Assembly: GCA_963663965.2 (NCBI GenBank)
Contig: CAXXFK010000028.1
Location: forward strand, 576,001-640,000
DNA from: Sedimentisphaerales bacterium
Lineage (GTDB): Bacteria; Planctomycetota; Phycisphaerae; Sedimentisphaerales; SM23-30
Length of the DNA: 64,000 nt
Direction: 5' to 3'
The translations under genes and the position numbers were made by a program. Below the pieces are notes generated by a model that searched no databases, had not been told where the DNA came from, and worked only from the letters and a program-made list of their open reading frames with translations. The stretch's first letter is position 1; each line of letters begins with the position of its first letter. Below are positions 10,556-21,137 of the stretch, in pieces.

Positions 10556-11152
10556 ATGAATCTATCCGAACCGCCAGTAAATTCGCAGATAAAGAGCCGG
10601 TATGATCTGAGTGGGGTTACCCTGTTCTGGAAGAAACCGAGTGGAGGGCCGATGCGTTATTTTATCATTGCCTTTCTGAGCTTCTGGCTGTGTGGCTGGT
10701 TTGTCGGTTTTCTTTTTGCCGGAGGAACACTTCTTACAGGCAAAGGGCCAAGCGCGTTCCTGGCTATATGGCTGGCTGGGTGGGCCCTGGGAGGATTGTT
10801 TGCCGGTTATACGCTTTTTCAACTGATTCGGACTCAATATCCAGAAGCGGTTACGCTGGAAGGTGACTTTTTTAAGTACGATACGGGATCGGCCCCGACG
10901 AACTATATGAATCCATATTATGGGATGCGAAGGAACCAGGGTATGGTGAATCCATTCTCGATGATGTTTCAAAAGAGAAAGATCTACGAATTTTCACGGG
11001 CCGAGTGTCCTGAGTTCGTTCTGGAAGGGTTGGGGGAGGCGCAGCGGTTGAGGTTTGATGTTGGGGCGGATCGGATTACCATTGGTGAAAGCCTCAAGGA
11101 GCCGGAAAGAGAGTGGCTTGCCCAGGTATTGAATACCTGGAAGAATGGGTAG
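10556..11152 (+). CDS. Hypothetical membrane protein (two TM helices)
   Basis: FLSFWLCGWFVG and FLAIWLAGWALGG hydrophobic segments. Confidence 0.75.
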   Translation: MNLSEPPVNSQIKSRYDLSGVTLFWKKPSGGPMRYFIIAFLSFWLCGWFVGFLFAGGTLLTGKGPSAFLAIWLAGWALGGLFAGYTLFQLIRTQYPEAVTLEGDFFKYDTGSAPTNYMNPYYGMRRNQGMVNPFSMMFQKRKIYEFSRAECPEFVLEGLGEAQRLRFDVGADRITIGESLKEPEREWLAQVLNTWKNG

Positions 11153-11547
11153 TGATCGGGTGATAGGCGGGCGCAGGATGAGGGCTTTGGCCTGCTTGCC
11201 GAGGCGTGGCTGGGGACGATAGATGAGGAGGAGGTGTTGTGGTGAGGGGGAGATGTAATATAGTCAGGTGATTTGATAGTTGGTACAAATTTGAGATATG
11301 ATAAACAGATAACAGCCATTAGAATCATGGAAAGACACAGGGCGATTGAATCGCAACCGTTAAAAAACTTAAAGAGAAAAAAGTCTAAACCGCGAAGCCG
11401 TCCTCCTGAGGCGGATCTTCGACCAGCGGCTACACGAAGCGCATCCTCCTGAGGCGGATCTTTCGGCCTTCGGCGCTTCACGAAGGGCCAGTGGCATAAT
11501 CGGGGGATTGATTCAGACTGACAATGGGAGATTGAATATGAGACCAA

Positions 11548-11700
11548 ATGGGAAACAGGCTTATGGAGTCTATTAGCGGCTATCGCAAGAAAGGGCAGTA
11601 TGATATCCGGGTGTTTGTTGTTTTTCCCGAGCATGTGAATCTGTTGATATCGCCTTACGGCGGGAGTGTTGTATCGAACGCGTTTTGCATTCGGTGTCAT
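11548..11700 (+). pseudogene. Degenerate fragment of a REP-associated (RAYT/IS200-like) HUH transposase
   Basis: IRVFVVFPEHVNLLISP resembles the (Y/F)VVMP(D/E)HVHLL HUH motif; flanked by cctcctgaggcggatctt at 11402, 11445, 11878. Confidence 0.55.
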
Positions 11701-11941
11701 GCACCCACAAGATTCGCTTCGCTGCGTTTGAAGGTGATATCCGAGACAACTTGCCGAGGACACAGGGCCGATCAATGCGTTTTTTCCTACCCCAACTTCT
11801 TTCGGCCCTTCGGGCCTCTTTTTCATTTCGCTACTCTGACTCCGGAGCCTTACGGCACCGGCTAAAAACTCCCGGCTCCTCCTGAGGCGGATCTTCGACC
11901 TTCGGGCCTCTCTATGGAAACGGTTTGTCCCTTTCAATTGA

Positions 11942-12111
11942 CACAGGGCGGTCAAGCCGCAACCAAAGAAGAAATGGTTCACACAAACCACTAAGATAAA
12001 CAGCCATTTAGACAGGATCACAGGATCAACAGGATAAAAAGTTCGGGACCATTAAAATATCTGGTAAGATGAAGTAATTACTTTGCTTATAAAACATAAG
12101 AACAAAAAGCT
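11942..12111. repeat. ~170-bp dispersed repeat, uninterrupted copy (second copy 29413-29540 + 30874-30925 carries ISL3)
   Basis: Near-identical cacagggcg.tcaagccgcaaccaaagaa...gttcgggaccattaaaatatctggtaagatgaagtaattactttgc. Confidence 0.93.
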
Positions 12112-12116
12112 AGTCA

Positions 12117-12292
12117 AGGGACCGTAAATAAATAACACCTTCATTTCTCAACCCAGCTTGCCGTCCTCTTCAGCCGCTTCTCCATTGCGAAATCCTCGAC
12201 ATAGATTAGCACTGCCTGCGGTTTCGCTCAATCGGCGCATCTGAATCTGACGACAAGCTGTGCGATCAATGCAGCATTTATTTACGGACCCT
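12117..12292. mobile_element. MITE-like element, copy 1 (~176 bp)
   Basis: Terminal inverted repeats agggaccgtaaataaat / atttatttacggaccct; homologous copy at 16047-16227. Confidence 0.8.
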
Positions 12293-12707
12293 AACTTTGT
12301 TTTATAAATGCCTCGATCAATGAATCGATCCCTTTTGTTCTGATATGCTCGATATTGCACTGAATCTCATTGTCAACATGGACTTTAAACAGCAGATTGA
12401 ATTTTTTACATAAAGAATCACACTCCGCGCAAGTAAAATAGCCCTTTTTAGTGGCACACTTGCGAATACCGCAAAAAGGATTGCCGCCTTTATTCCGGCA
12501 TCCCGGACATACATGATTGCAGGAAGCGGCCAGCTTCTTATATCCGCGATATTTGGATTTCATAAATGGGATGACCTTGGAAACTTCTGCCATGTTGACC
12601 TTTTCAAACGCTTCATCAAGAATCTTTATCTTTTCCCTGATATCCAGGAATCTGCTTTTACATAAATCACAATTTAAACCACAAAATGCCAGATCTTCTT
12701 TTTTCAT
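12291..12707 (-). CDS. DUF3795-like Cys-rich protein
   Basis: AFCGLNCDLC...CPGCR...FCGIRKCATKKGYFTCAECD. Confidence 0.8.
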   Translation of the reverse strand: MKKEDLAFCGLNCDLCKSRFLDIREKIKILDEAFEKVNMAEVSKVIPFMKSKYRGYKKLAASCNHVCPGCRNKGGNPFCGIRKCATKKGYFTCAECDSLCKKFNLLFKVHVDNEIQCNIEHIRTKGIDSLIEAFIKQS

Positions 12708-13060
12708 AACGCGATTTTCATAAATCCTAATGTATAAAACAATGTTAAACCTGATGGATTATACAGTTACACTCTAATCGGATTCCATCATTTCATTCGA
12801 TATTTATCCTTTTTGTCGGTATCTGTCAGGGTTTAACCGGGGGATGAAGTTATGAAAAGGAATTTGAAATTTGGTTATTTGTCGTATTATGGGGTTCTGT
12901 TCAGTAAGGAGGAAGAATGTAATGTAGTGATTTTAAACGTTGACGACATGACGCTATGTCGATGAAGTAAAACAACGGGGATGGCCGGCTTAAAACCGGT
13001 TAATGGGGGAGTTTGTACGACAGGGGGTGGGGTCAGATTCGTCGGGTTGATACAAGGCGG

Positions 13061-13279
13061 TTAAAAATCATGTTTTTTGTGGGTTGGTTTGGCAGGGGTT
13101 GCCTTGATGACGCGTTCGATTTCTTCGGCGGACATGCCGCGTTCGATCATGGCGCGTTTCATGTTGTGTTCGTAGCGGAGCTGATGGACTTTGACCCAGC
13201 AGGAGCCGATGATAGCGGTGATGGGAATCGAAAAGGCCAATAAAATAGCAAACTGGGGCATTTCAAAAAGATTGTTCAT
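13061..13279 (-). CDS. Small single-TM hypothetical protein
   Basis: One TM segment then MKRAMIERGMSAEEIERVI; RBS gaggt upstream. Confidence 0.7.
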   Translation of the reverse strand: MNNLFEMPQFAILLAFSIPITAIIGSCWVKVHQLRYEHNMKRAMIERGMSAEEIERVIKATPAKPTHKKHDF

Positions 13280-13567
13280 GGCTACCTCGTACCCAATGGG
13301 TATGAAAATTTTCGAGCGCTCGCAATATAAGTTTTTACTCGTGTAGAACTTATATTACGGCCCAGCGGGCATTTTCAATTGTTAGCAGTATCAACACTGT
13401 TGTTCTCATGACAACGGCTGGGATCGGAGTCGTGTTTCGGAGTGCATTATTACAGGAAATTGGGGATTGCCAAAGTTAAAAACAGGCAAAGCGGGGCAAT
13501 TTGAATGGGCAGCCGTGGCCAGGTTGCTGGTAAGTTGTTGTTAAAAAAGGAGTAAGTTGTTCTTAGG

Positions 13568-14278
13568 TCAGTTGGCCCGCTCCAGCAGGAATTTGCGGTA
13601 GATCTGGTAGTGGCTGGTTTGTTCGTATTGGATGGGTCGGACGGTTTCGTGGTCGAAGCTGTAGATGGTGGCGTTGGGGCAGGCCAGCAGGATGGGGGAA
13701 TGGGTGGCGATGATAAACTGGGCATGGCCGGCGTGAGTGTTCCGGGCGATGACATCCAGCAGTTCCAGCTGGCTGCGCGGAGAGAGGGCGGTTTCGGGTT
13801 CGTCCAGCAGGTAGATGCCCTTTTTCTGGTAGCGGGAGCGGAAATAAGACATGACGGATTGGCCGTGGGACTGGGTGATCAGGGATTTGCCGCCGAAATG
13901 CTGCAATTGCTGCGGGTCGGCGGCGGCCCATTCATCAAGAATGGAAGCGAAGTCCTTGAAGGTTTCGGAGCCGAAATAGGCGCCGGGTACCTTGCCGTCG
14001 GACCATTGCACGGCCAGACAATACTGTAAAAATGTTTCGTACTGGTTGAATTGATAACGGCGGCCATCCGATTTTCGCCAGATGTGAATCCCGCTGCCTT
14101 GGGCCAGCGCTTCCAACAGGGTGGATTTGCCCGCGCCGTTTTCGCCGACGAACAGGGTGACGGGGGTGTCGAATTCGATCTGCCGGGTCTGCTGGAAAAT
14201 GGGCAGGTTGAAGGGGTAGTGGTCCCGGGTAGGGTATTTTTCGTGTAATAAGGTGACGCTGGTTATGTGATTAGTCAT
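13568..14278 (-). CDS. Stand-alone ABC-type/AAA ATPase (COG3910-like)
   Basis: GENGAGKSTLLE, QSHGQS, YLLDEPETALSP, IIATHSP. Confidence 0.9.
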   Translation of the reverse strand: MTNHITSVTLLHEKYPTRDHYPFNLPIFQQTRQIEFDTPVTLFVGENGAGKSTLLEALAQGSGIHIWRKSDGRRYQFNQYETFLQYCLAVQWSDGKVPGAYFGSETFKDFASILDEWAAADPQQLQHFGGKSLITQSHGQSVMSYFRSRYQKKGIYLLDEPETALSPRSQLELLDVIARNTHAGHAQFIIATHSPILLACPNATIYSFDHETVRPIQYEQTSHYQIYRKFLLERAN

Positions 14279-14340
14279 GGTGCTTCCTTGATGTTCTGCG
14301 AGTCGCTTTTTATTTCCGGGTTATCTGAGACTCAAGATGA

Positions 14341-14366
14341 CGAGACGCAAGGCATTGCGTCTCTAC
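14341..14366. repeat. REP-like palindrome (similar elements at ~8167-8241, 38606-38697, 38957-38974)
   Basis: gagacgcaaggcattgcgtctc followed by tac, i.e. a GTAG-flanked hairpin on the - strand. Confidence 0.65.
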
Positions 14367-14402
14367 CTGTCAAACTGCAAAGTCAGTATCTGGGCGTTCG
14401 GA

Positions 14403-15884
14403 TTATTGGGGCCGGGCGCCTTGCCAGCCTTTGCGCCATTGGGCCATGAGGCGCTGGACCAGTTGGGTGTGGGTGGTGTCGTTGGCGATATTGGTGTTTT
14501 CCTGGGGGTCGGTCTGGTGGTCGTAGAGTTCGGTGGCTTCGATTTTGGTATGATCGTTGCGCTGGACCCAGACGGTAAAGCGGTAGCGGTCGGTGCGCAT
14601 GGTGTAGCCCATGAGAGGTTTGCGATTGTAGCTGCGGGGGTACTGGCTGAATACGGCGGGTTTCCAGGGGCGTTGCGGGTTGTCCAGCACGGGTTTGAAA
14701 CTGGCGCCTTCCAGATGGCCGGGCAGGGGCAGGCCGGCCAGATCGCACAGGGTGGGGTAGATATCGACGAATTCAACCAGGGCGTCGGTACGCTTGCCGG
14801 CCTGTTTCATGTTGGGAACCGACAGGATCAGCGGGGCGTTGGTGTCGTTTTCGCAGTTGCTGTGTTTGCACCAGGCGTCGTGTTCGCCCAGCTTCCAGCC
14901 GTGATCGCCCCAGACGATGATGATGGTATTCCGGCGCAGGTCCAGGCGGTCCAGTTCATCCAGCACCTTGCCGATTTGCGCGTCGGTATAGCTGGTGGCG
15001 GCGTAATAGCCGTGTTTGAGCTGACGGGCCAGGTCATCGGGGATGGATTCCTTGGGGATACCGTGATAGGAACGCATTTCACCGCCGGGGAGGATGGCGT
15101 ATTCGGGGGCGTCTTTGGGCAGAAATTTGTTGGGAGCCAGTTGAATTTGGGCCGGATCGTAGAGGTCCCAGTAGCGCTTGGGCGAGACGAAGGGGAGATG
15201 GGGCTTGACGAATCCAACGGCCAGGAAGAATGGCTCCTCTTTAGCGGCCAGGTCACGCAGTGTTTTTACCGCCAGTTCGGCGACTTTGCCATCGGTGAAG
15301 GTGTTGTCGGGGACATCGGCGCCTTCGAAGGCAGGGCCGCGGGTGTCAAAACCGGAGATTTTCTGGCGTTTGCCGTTTGCGTCGATTTTGTATTGACGCT
15401 GGTTGAGCGACAGGTTTTCCGGCAGGGCATAGCCCACGCCGGTGGGATTTTGCCAGGGGACGGACCAGGTGGGCGGATCGTCGTAGCCGCCGTGGTAAAT
15501 CTTGCCCATACCCTGCACGAAATAGCCGTTCTGTTTGAAATGCTGGCCGAGAGTGACCACGTTGGGGACTGCGGTCCGGAAATGGGTGACTAAATCCCAG
15601 ACGCGGGTAGTATCGGGCCGCATACCGGTCATCAGGCTGGTACGCGAGGGGGAGCAGACGGCCTGCTGGCAATAGGCGCGATTGAAGACCATGCCGACTT
15701 TGGCCAGCTGGTCGAGATTGGGGCTTTTGATATAATCGCAGCCGTAACAGCCCAGTTCGGGACGCAGATCATCGACGGCGATGAAGAGGATATTGGGCCG
15801 GGCCGGAGAGGAGTCGGCGGCCGGGAGTGAAGAATTCATAATTGCCAGACACAACAGGAGCAGAAAGGACAGTGAGTACTTCAT
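14403..15884 (-). CDS. Secreted Cys-type sulfatase (iduronate-2-sulfatase-like)
   Basis: Signal peptide, PNILFIAVDDLRP, CSPSRTSLMTG, GKIYH, KPHLPF, GDHGW. Confidence 0.95.
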   Translation of the reverse strand: MKYSLSFLLLLCLAIMNSSLPAADSSPARPNILFIAVDDLRPELGCYGCDYIKSPNLDQLAKVGMVFNRAYCQQAVCSPSRTSLMTGMRPDTTRVWDLVTHFRTAVPNVVTLGQHFKQNGYFVQGMGKIYHGGYDDPPTWSVPWQNPTGVGYALPENLSLNQRQYKIDANGKRQKISGFDTRGPAFEGADVPDNTFTDGKVAELAVKTLRDLAAKEEPFFLAVGFVKPHLPFVSPKRYWDLYDPAQIQLAPNKFLPKDAPEYAILPGGEMRSYHGIPKESIPDDLARQLKHGYYAATSYTDAQIGKVLDELDRLDLRRNTIIIVWGDHGWKLGEHDAWCKHSNCENDTNAPLILSVPNMKQAGKRTDALVEFVDIYPTLCDLAGLPLPGHLEGASFKPVLDNPQRPWKPAVFSQYPRSYNRKPLMGYTMRTDRYRFTVWVQRNDHTKIEATELYDHQTDPQENTNIANDTTHTQLVQRLMAQWRKGWQGARPQ

Positions 15885-16046
15885 TAGCAGGTTCCTTAAC
15901 AGGCGTTGGCAGCAACGTTACACCAAAATAATGACATCTATTATATAAAGAAAAGGCGCGATGGGAAGAGAACGTTGTAACTCCCTCTGGATTAAGAGAT
16001 TAATAAACGGGACGTTCTGTTTATACAGGAATGTGCCGCAGGGCTT

Positions 16047-16227
16047 AGGGACCGTCAATAAATAAATACTGCATTTCTCATCCCATCTTGCCGCCATCTT
16101 CAGCCGCTTCTCAATCGCAAAATCCTCGACATAGAACAGCTATGCCTGCGGTTTTGCTCAATCGGCGCGACTGAATCTGACGACAAGCTGGGCGATAAAT
16201 TGCAGCATTTATTTATTTACAGCCCCT
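16047..16227. mobile_element. MITE-like element, copy 2
   Basis: agggaccgtcaataaataaatactgca / tgcagcatttatttatttacagcccct; body homologous to 12117-12292. Confidence 0.8.
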
Positions 16228-16368
16228 TACTCATTGCATAGAAAGTAGAATCTGTGAATAAAATCGGGTTCGATGTCGTTTAGGAACAGGAACGTGCGAT
16301 TAAATTTTATGGGGAAGCCCCATCTGAAGACAAAAAAACAAAAGAATGAATGAACAGGAAGTTCATAT

Positions 16369-17478
16369 ATGAAACAGATTGTTACTGTACTGATGATTGT
16401 GGGTGGCATGATGCTGCCAGTGTGGTCCCAGGAAGCCAAAGAGGAACGTTCAACTAAAAATAACCGTTTGACTTTGGGGGCTTATTATTTCGATGGCTGG
16501 TCGGGGAAGAGCCAGTGGGCAGATGATCCGGGGCAGCCGTGGGCTAAGTATGCGCCGACGCATCTGACGCGGCGGATGATTGAGGAATTTCCGGACCGGG
16601 AACCGCTGTGGGGCTGGCGGGATGACAGCGCGGCCATTATGACGCGGCAGATCGATCTGGCGGCGGAGCATGGGCTGGATTTTTTTGCTTTCTGCTGGTA
16701 CTGGCATGATAACGGAGGGCCGATCAATCAACAAGCGATTCAGACCGATCCCAAGCATACGGGATTGAACCTGTTTTTGCGGGCGAAGAATAACCAGCGG
16801 CTCAAGTTCTGTCTGCTGGTGGCCAATCATGGCGGATTTGAGATTAAAGGGCCGGAGCAGTGGAAAGCGGCCGGGAAATACTGGCTGACTTATTTTAAGC
16901 ATCCGCAGCATCTGACCCTGGATGGGAAGCCGGTGATACTTATATTCAGTCCCTGGGGTGTGAGCCGTGAGGAACTGGACAGCTTGCAGGCGGCGGTTAA
17001 AGAGGGCGGTTTGCCGGGAGTGGCGGTGGCAGGCTGTGGGGGCGGAGATGTCGAAACGGGATTTGCGTATAAGGCCCATTATAATATTGTGCCCGGCTAC
17101 GCGGATGGGGCGGCGGAGCATACCTTTGCTGAGTTGGCGGACGCCCAGCGGGCGGCGTGGAAAGGCAGTCCGCAGCAGCCGTATATCCCCATTATCACGG
17201 CGAACTGGGATAAGCGGCCCTGGGAAGGGCCGGCCGGGCTGAATCAGAAAGAGGGCTGGTATTTCACCGGCCGGACTCCGGAGCAATTTGAGGCGGTGTT
17301 GCAGGACGCGGTGAAGTGGATGGATGAACATCCGGATTCGGCGACCCGGGAGCGGATGGCGTTGATTTACGCCTGGAATGAACTGGGCGAAGGGGGGTAT
17401 CTGGTACCGACGAAAGGGGATCCGGAAGGGCAGTACCTGAAGGCGATCAAATCGGTGAAGGAGTTAAAATCTGATTGA
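16369..17478 (+). CDS. Secreted glycoside hydrolase, GH99-like/WbsX-like domain
   Basis: Signal peptide; AYYFDGW, QIDLAAEHGLDFFAFCWYW, NWDKRPW, YAWNELGEGGYL. Confidence 0.8.
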   Translation: MKQIVTVLMIVGGMMLPVWSQEAKEERSTKNNRLTLGAYYFDGWSGKSQWADDPGQPWAKYAPTHLTRRMIEEFPDREPLWGWRDDSAAIMTRQIDLAAEHGLDFFAFCWYWHDNGGPINQQAIQTDPKHTGLNLFLRAKNNQRLKFCLLVANHGGFEIKGPEQWKAAGKYWLTYFKHPQHLTLDGKPVILIFSPWGVSREELDSLQAAVKEGGLPGVAVAGCGGGDVETGFAYKAHYNIVPGYADGAAEHTFAELADAQRAAWKGSPQQPYIPIITANWDKRPWEGPAGLNQKEGWYFTGRTPEQFEAVLQDAVKWMDEHPDSATRERMALIYAWNELGEGGYLVPTKGDPEGQYLKAIKSVKELKSD

Positions 17479-17531
17479 TGATATAGGAAATGATAAACTA
17501 ACTAAATTCTCTACTAGCTGGGAGAGTAATC

Positions 17532-20500
17532 ATGAACCATTGGGCGTGTCGAATCGTTGGTGTTTTTTTATGCATTGCTTTGAGTTCTGTTGGGGTACAG
17601 GCGGCTGAGGCGGAGTTTGCCTGGCAGCGGGATTACGCCAGGGTATCGGAAGCGGGGGATATTGCCTGGACGCCGGAGCCCTTTCGATTTGTGACGGGGG
17701 AGATGGTACGCAATATCGATTTTGACAATGGGTCTGACAGCAACGACGGCGCGACCCGCGAGCGGCCGTGGCGGCATCATCCGTGGGACCGGGCAGCTAC
17801 CGGTCAGGCGGCAGCGGCGAAGGGGGTGGATACCTACGTGTTCAAAGGTGGGGTGATCTACCGGGGTCAGCTGACGGTTAGAGAAAAGGGGATGGCCGGG
17901 AGTCCGATTCGTCTGACGCGTGATCCGGCGTGGGGGAATGGGCCGGCGATTCTAGCGGGATCCCAGCCGGTAACCGGATGGAGCCGGGGGGCTGATCGCA
18001 GCGAAATCCCTGAGCCTCAGGCGGTGTGGAAAGCTACGCTGGATTTCGCACCGAGAACGGTCTGGATGATCGATAGCACGGGCAAGGCGATGCGGATTCC
18101 GCTGGCGCGGCATCCGAACTGGCAGAGTCAGCCGGAAGATCATAAGGCCCAGTGGTTCAGCTGGACGAATAACCGGCATCCATTTCAGGCGAAAGAGGGA
18201 TTCAGCGCGAATGATAGCATAAACCTCCAGGGGCTCGATCCGGACTTTGTCAAGGGCGCTTTGATCTATTCGGAGTTTGGCTGGGTGATGGGGACGCCTT
18301 ATCCCTCGAAGGTGGGTGATTACGATCCGGCCGATGGCTCCGTCAAGTTCGAGCGCTGGACGGGCGGGGGGAACGCATCGATTATCTTTCGGGGGATGCG
18401 GTATTATCTGGAAGACAAGCCGCAGTATCTGGATGATCCGGCAGGTGAGTTCTGGTTCGAGAAGCGCGGCCGGGGCGGGACGCTGTACCTGCGTTTGCCG
18501 GGTGGGATCGAGCCGGGTAGTGTACGGATCGAGGCGGGGCAGTATCCGGATTTGATTCTGGGGGATGATGTGGCGCATCTGGAGATTACGGGGCTGGATT
18601 TTCGCTGGACGACGCAGCCCTGGAACCTGGATGTGGCATCGTGGGATTTCAGCAGCCAGCCCTGGGGAACCCGGCCGGACGCGGAGCCGGCCTGTATCCG
18701 GTTCTGGGGCCGGGCGCAGGATGTGCGGATCGCGAATTGCAACTTTGAGGATGTGGTGATGGGGATCCGGATGCGCGCGATCGGGATCGGTTCGCCGATT
18801 ACCGATATTGTGGTGGAAGACACTGTCTTTCGCAATGGTGATGTGGGCGCGGCCCATTTTACCGCGGGAGCCGGATGGGGGTTTGCCGATCTGGTGGGGG
18901 TATTGGACAATATCTGTCTTTACCGGAACTATGCCACGAATGTCGGGTTTCGCGCGCCCCGTTATGAGCGCGGGTGTACCTTTGATCTGACCCATCCCCT
19001 GCGGGCCCATATCGCCGGGAATGTGGTGGAGCGCTGCGGCGCCCAGGCGATCAATGTGGTGGCGGGAAAAGGGGCGACGCGCGGGGATGTGCCGCTGGTG
19101 CGGGTGTTGATTCATCAGAACAAGGCCTGGAAGACCATGCAGAACGCGAACGATTTTGGCGGGATCGAAAGCTGGCAGCATGGGCCGGTTTATATCTTTA
19201 ATAATCTGAGTTTCGACGCGCGGGGCCAGCAGGAGGGCCGGCGCGTTACCAATAAGCAGGTGGCCGGGTTTGGTCACGCCTATTATCTGGATGGCGGGTT
19301 CAAGAACTATCTGTTCAATAATATCGCCTGGGGGCTGTCGAACGATCCAACCAGTCCGCTGGTCAATTGCGCGGCCTTTCAGGAGATTATCAGTTATCAG
19401 AACACGTTTTTTAATAATACCGCTTATAACTATACCGTGGGTTCACGCCGGCAGGCGCCGCAGGCGGGGCGGGACAAGTTTGTCGGCAATATCTGGCAGG
19501 GGATCAGTGAGCGGGTGTTCCGTCATGCCGATCCGGCTAAAACGGCCGCCGAGGGCAACGCCCGGGACGCCGGGCCGAAAAAGGATCAATACGCGTGCGA
19601 AACGAATGTGTACGCGCGGAATGTCTTTTATGATATTGCCCAGATGGGAGTGTTTGAGCCTTCCGGGCGCTGGCTGGAGACCCTCAACGATTTTCAAACC
19701 GCGCTGAAAAAGGAAAACAGCCTGGTTTCTTATCTGGGTTTTATGGATACGGCTCAATCCCTGCGCAATCCCGGGCAGGGGGACTTCCGGCTGAAGGCCG
19801 GGTCCAAAGCGGTTGACAGCGGGGCGGTGGTTTTTGTGCCGTGGTCGCTTTATGGCGTGGCGGCGGAGTGGAATTTTTATCATGCCGGTGATGAAGTTAC
19901 ACGGATTCTCGATGAGCACTGGTATGCCAAAGACTATCTGACCGGTCGGGATGATTATTATCTGCAACCCATGTATCCGTTGACCGGGGTAAATATCGGT
20001 TCGGAGGATTATGTGGATGGGCCGCTGGAAAATTTTGTGGCCGGGGCGTTGCAGCTGACGCCGGCTAAAAAGAGCTACGCGGTGCTGACGCATGCCGATT
20101 TGACCCGGCCCTATACGGTGAAGCTGGCGACGCGGGCCAACCATGGCCAGGATCCGCTGGTTAAGGAGGTAACCTATGTTGGGGATGATCTGAAGACGGC
20201 CGCGATCGAGAATGGCAATTTTCTGATTGAGGTCTATTTCAAGGCGGGTGCGGATGGCCTGATTGTGGGCAAGAAGCAGGGAGCGGGTTATCGGCTGTCG
20301 CTGCGAGAGGGTCGGGCCCGGTTTGAGGTGGCCGGAGATGGAGGGTTACGGGCGGAATTGATCTCACAGCAGCAACTGGCCGATGGGCAGTGGCACCATC
20401 TGGTGGCAGAGGCGGACCGGCAGGCTAAAACGCTGGCGCTTTATGTCGATGGCAAGCTGGTTCAACGCGGGGCTGGATTGGGGCCGGTTTCGCTGGCGAA

Positions 20501-20714
20501 TGAAAGTGATTTGTTTGTGGGCGGCAGTCCGGATGGGGATTACCTGGATGGCACGCTGGAATTCATGCGGATTGCCCGCGGGACGCTGGCGGATGCTTTT
20601 ACGACGATTGAGGAACTCTACGCCTGGGAATTTGACGGCCCGGCCCGGCGCGATATGAGCGGCGCTGCTGTCAGAGGGCGCGGGCGTGACGCGGGCGCGA
20701 TTGAGAGTTTTTGA
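17532..20714 (+). CDS. Secreted right-handed beta-helix protein with C-terminal LamG-like domain
   Basis: Signal peptide, DFDNGSDSNDG...PW, beta-helix-like repeats, LADGQWHHLV...LYVDG. Confidence 0.75.
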   Translation: MNHWACRIVGVFLCIALSSVGVQAAEAEFAWQRDYARVSEAGDIAWTPEPFRFVTGEMVRNIDFDNGSDSNDGATRERPWRHHPWDRAATGQAAAAKGVDTYVFKGGVIYRGQLTVREKGMAGSPIRLTRDPAWGNGPAILAGSQPVTGWSRGADRSEIPEPQAVWKATLDFAPRTVWMIDSTGKAMRIPLARHPNWQSQPEDHKAQWFSWTNNRHPFQAKEGFSANDSINLQGLDPDFVKGALIYSEFGWVMGTPYPSKVGDYDPADGSVKFERWTGGGNASIIFRGMRYYLEDKPQYLDDPAGEFWFEKRGRGGTLYLRLPGGIEPGSVRIEAGQYPDLILGDDVAHLEITGLDFRWTTQPWNLDVASWDFSSQPWGTRPDAEPACIRFWGRAQDVRIANCNFEDVVMGIRMRAIGIGSPITDIVVEDTVFRNGDVGAAHFTAGAGWGFADLVGVLDNICLYRNYATNVGFRAPRYERGCTFDLTHPLRAHIAGNVVERCGAQAINVVAGKGATRGDVPLVRVLIHQNKAWKTMQNANDFGGIESWQHGPVYIFNNLSFDARGQQEGRRVTNKQVAGFGHAYYLDGGFKNYLFNNIAWGLSNDPTSPLVNCAAFQEIISYQNTFFNNTAYNYTVGSRRQAPQAGRDKFVGNIWQGISERVFRHADPAKTAAEGNARDAGPKKDQYACETNVYARNVFYDIAQMGVFEPSGRWLETLNDFQTALKKENSLVSYLGFMDTAQSLRNPGQGDFRLKAGSKAVDSGAVVFVPWSLYGVAAEWNFYHAGDEVTRILDEHWYAKDYLTGRDDYYLQPMYPLTGVNIGSEDYVDGPLENFVAGALQLTPAKKSYAVLTHADLTRPYTVKLATRANHGQDPLVKEVTYVGDDLKTAAIENGNFLIEVYFKAGADGLIVGKKQGAGYRLSLREGRARFEVAGDGGLRAELISQQQLADGQWHHLVAEADRQAKTLALYVDGKLVQRGAGLGPVSLANESDLFVGGSPDGDYLDGTLEFMRIARGTLADAFTTIEELYAWEFDGPARRDMSGAAVRGRGRDAGAIESF

Positions 20715-20718
20715 TTGG
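20583..20718 (+). repeat. 136-bp direct repeat (3' end of the LamG gene), second copy 24746-24881
   Basis: 129/136 identical by manual comparison, including the TGA stop. Confidence 0.95.
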
Positions 20719-21137
20719 GTTGGGGGAGACGCACCCGCAAGCTGTGGTTGCAGGTGGCATACCGATCAGAGAGACTGAGGTCACTGGCCGGTCTATCCTC
20801 CTCTCAGGCCACTCAAATGTAATGACAGGTGGTTTTTACGGTAAAATATTGCCAAAATTCCACACTTTTTTCTGGACCTAACAAAATAGTCATAGATGCG
20901 AGATGATTTTCAAAGATTAACTTCTTTTTAGGTTGCCTGTTGTCGATAAGAGACTATAACATGATGAGGAAGATGAGTTTATTATTAACCCGGAGATTGG
21001 GAGGGCTGGGGGAATCTGATTTCTGAAAATTCTACGTCAGGTACGCCTTGTTGTTGTGTGAAAGAGATTTTGTATAACGATAGACGCTTTAAGGAGATGG
21101 AACGTTGAGGATGGGTATATTAAAAAGGATATTTGCT

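Noticed and set aside
11174..11245. Frame reading QDEGFGLLAEAWLGTIDEEEVLW, resembling a dockerin-like protein tail
   Set aside because: Too short and without a start; at most an unprovable relic
10984..12021. 345-aa - strand ORF
   Set aside because: Runs through REP palindromes and antisense to a real gene; composition is not protein-like
8780..13050. Integron cassette array for the short AT-rich genes
   Set aside because: No convincing RYYYAAC...GTTRRRY attC sites and no integrase
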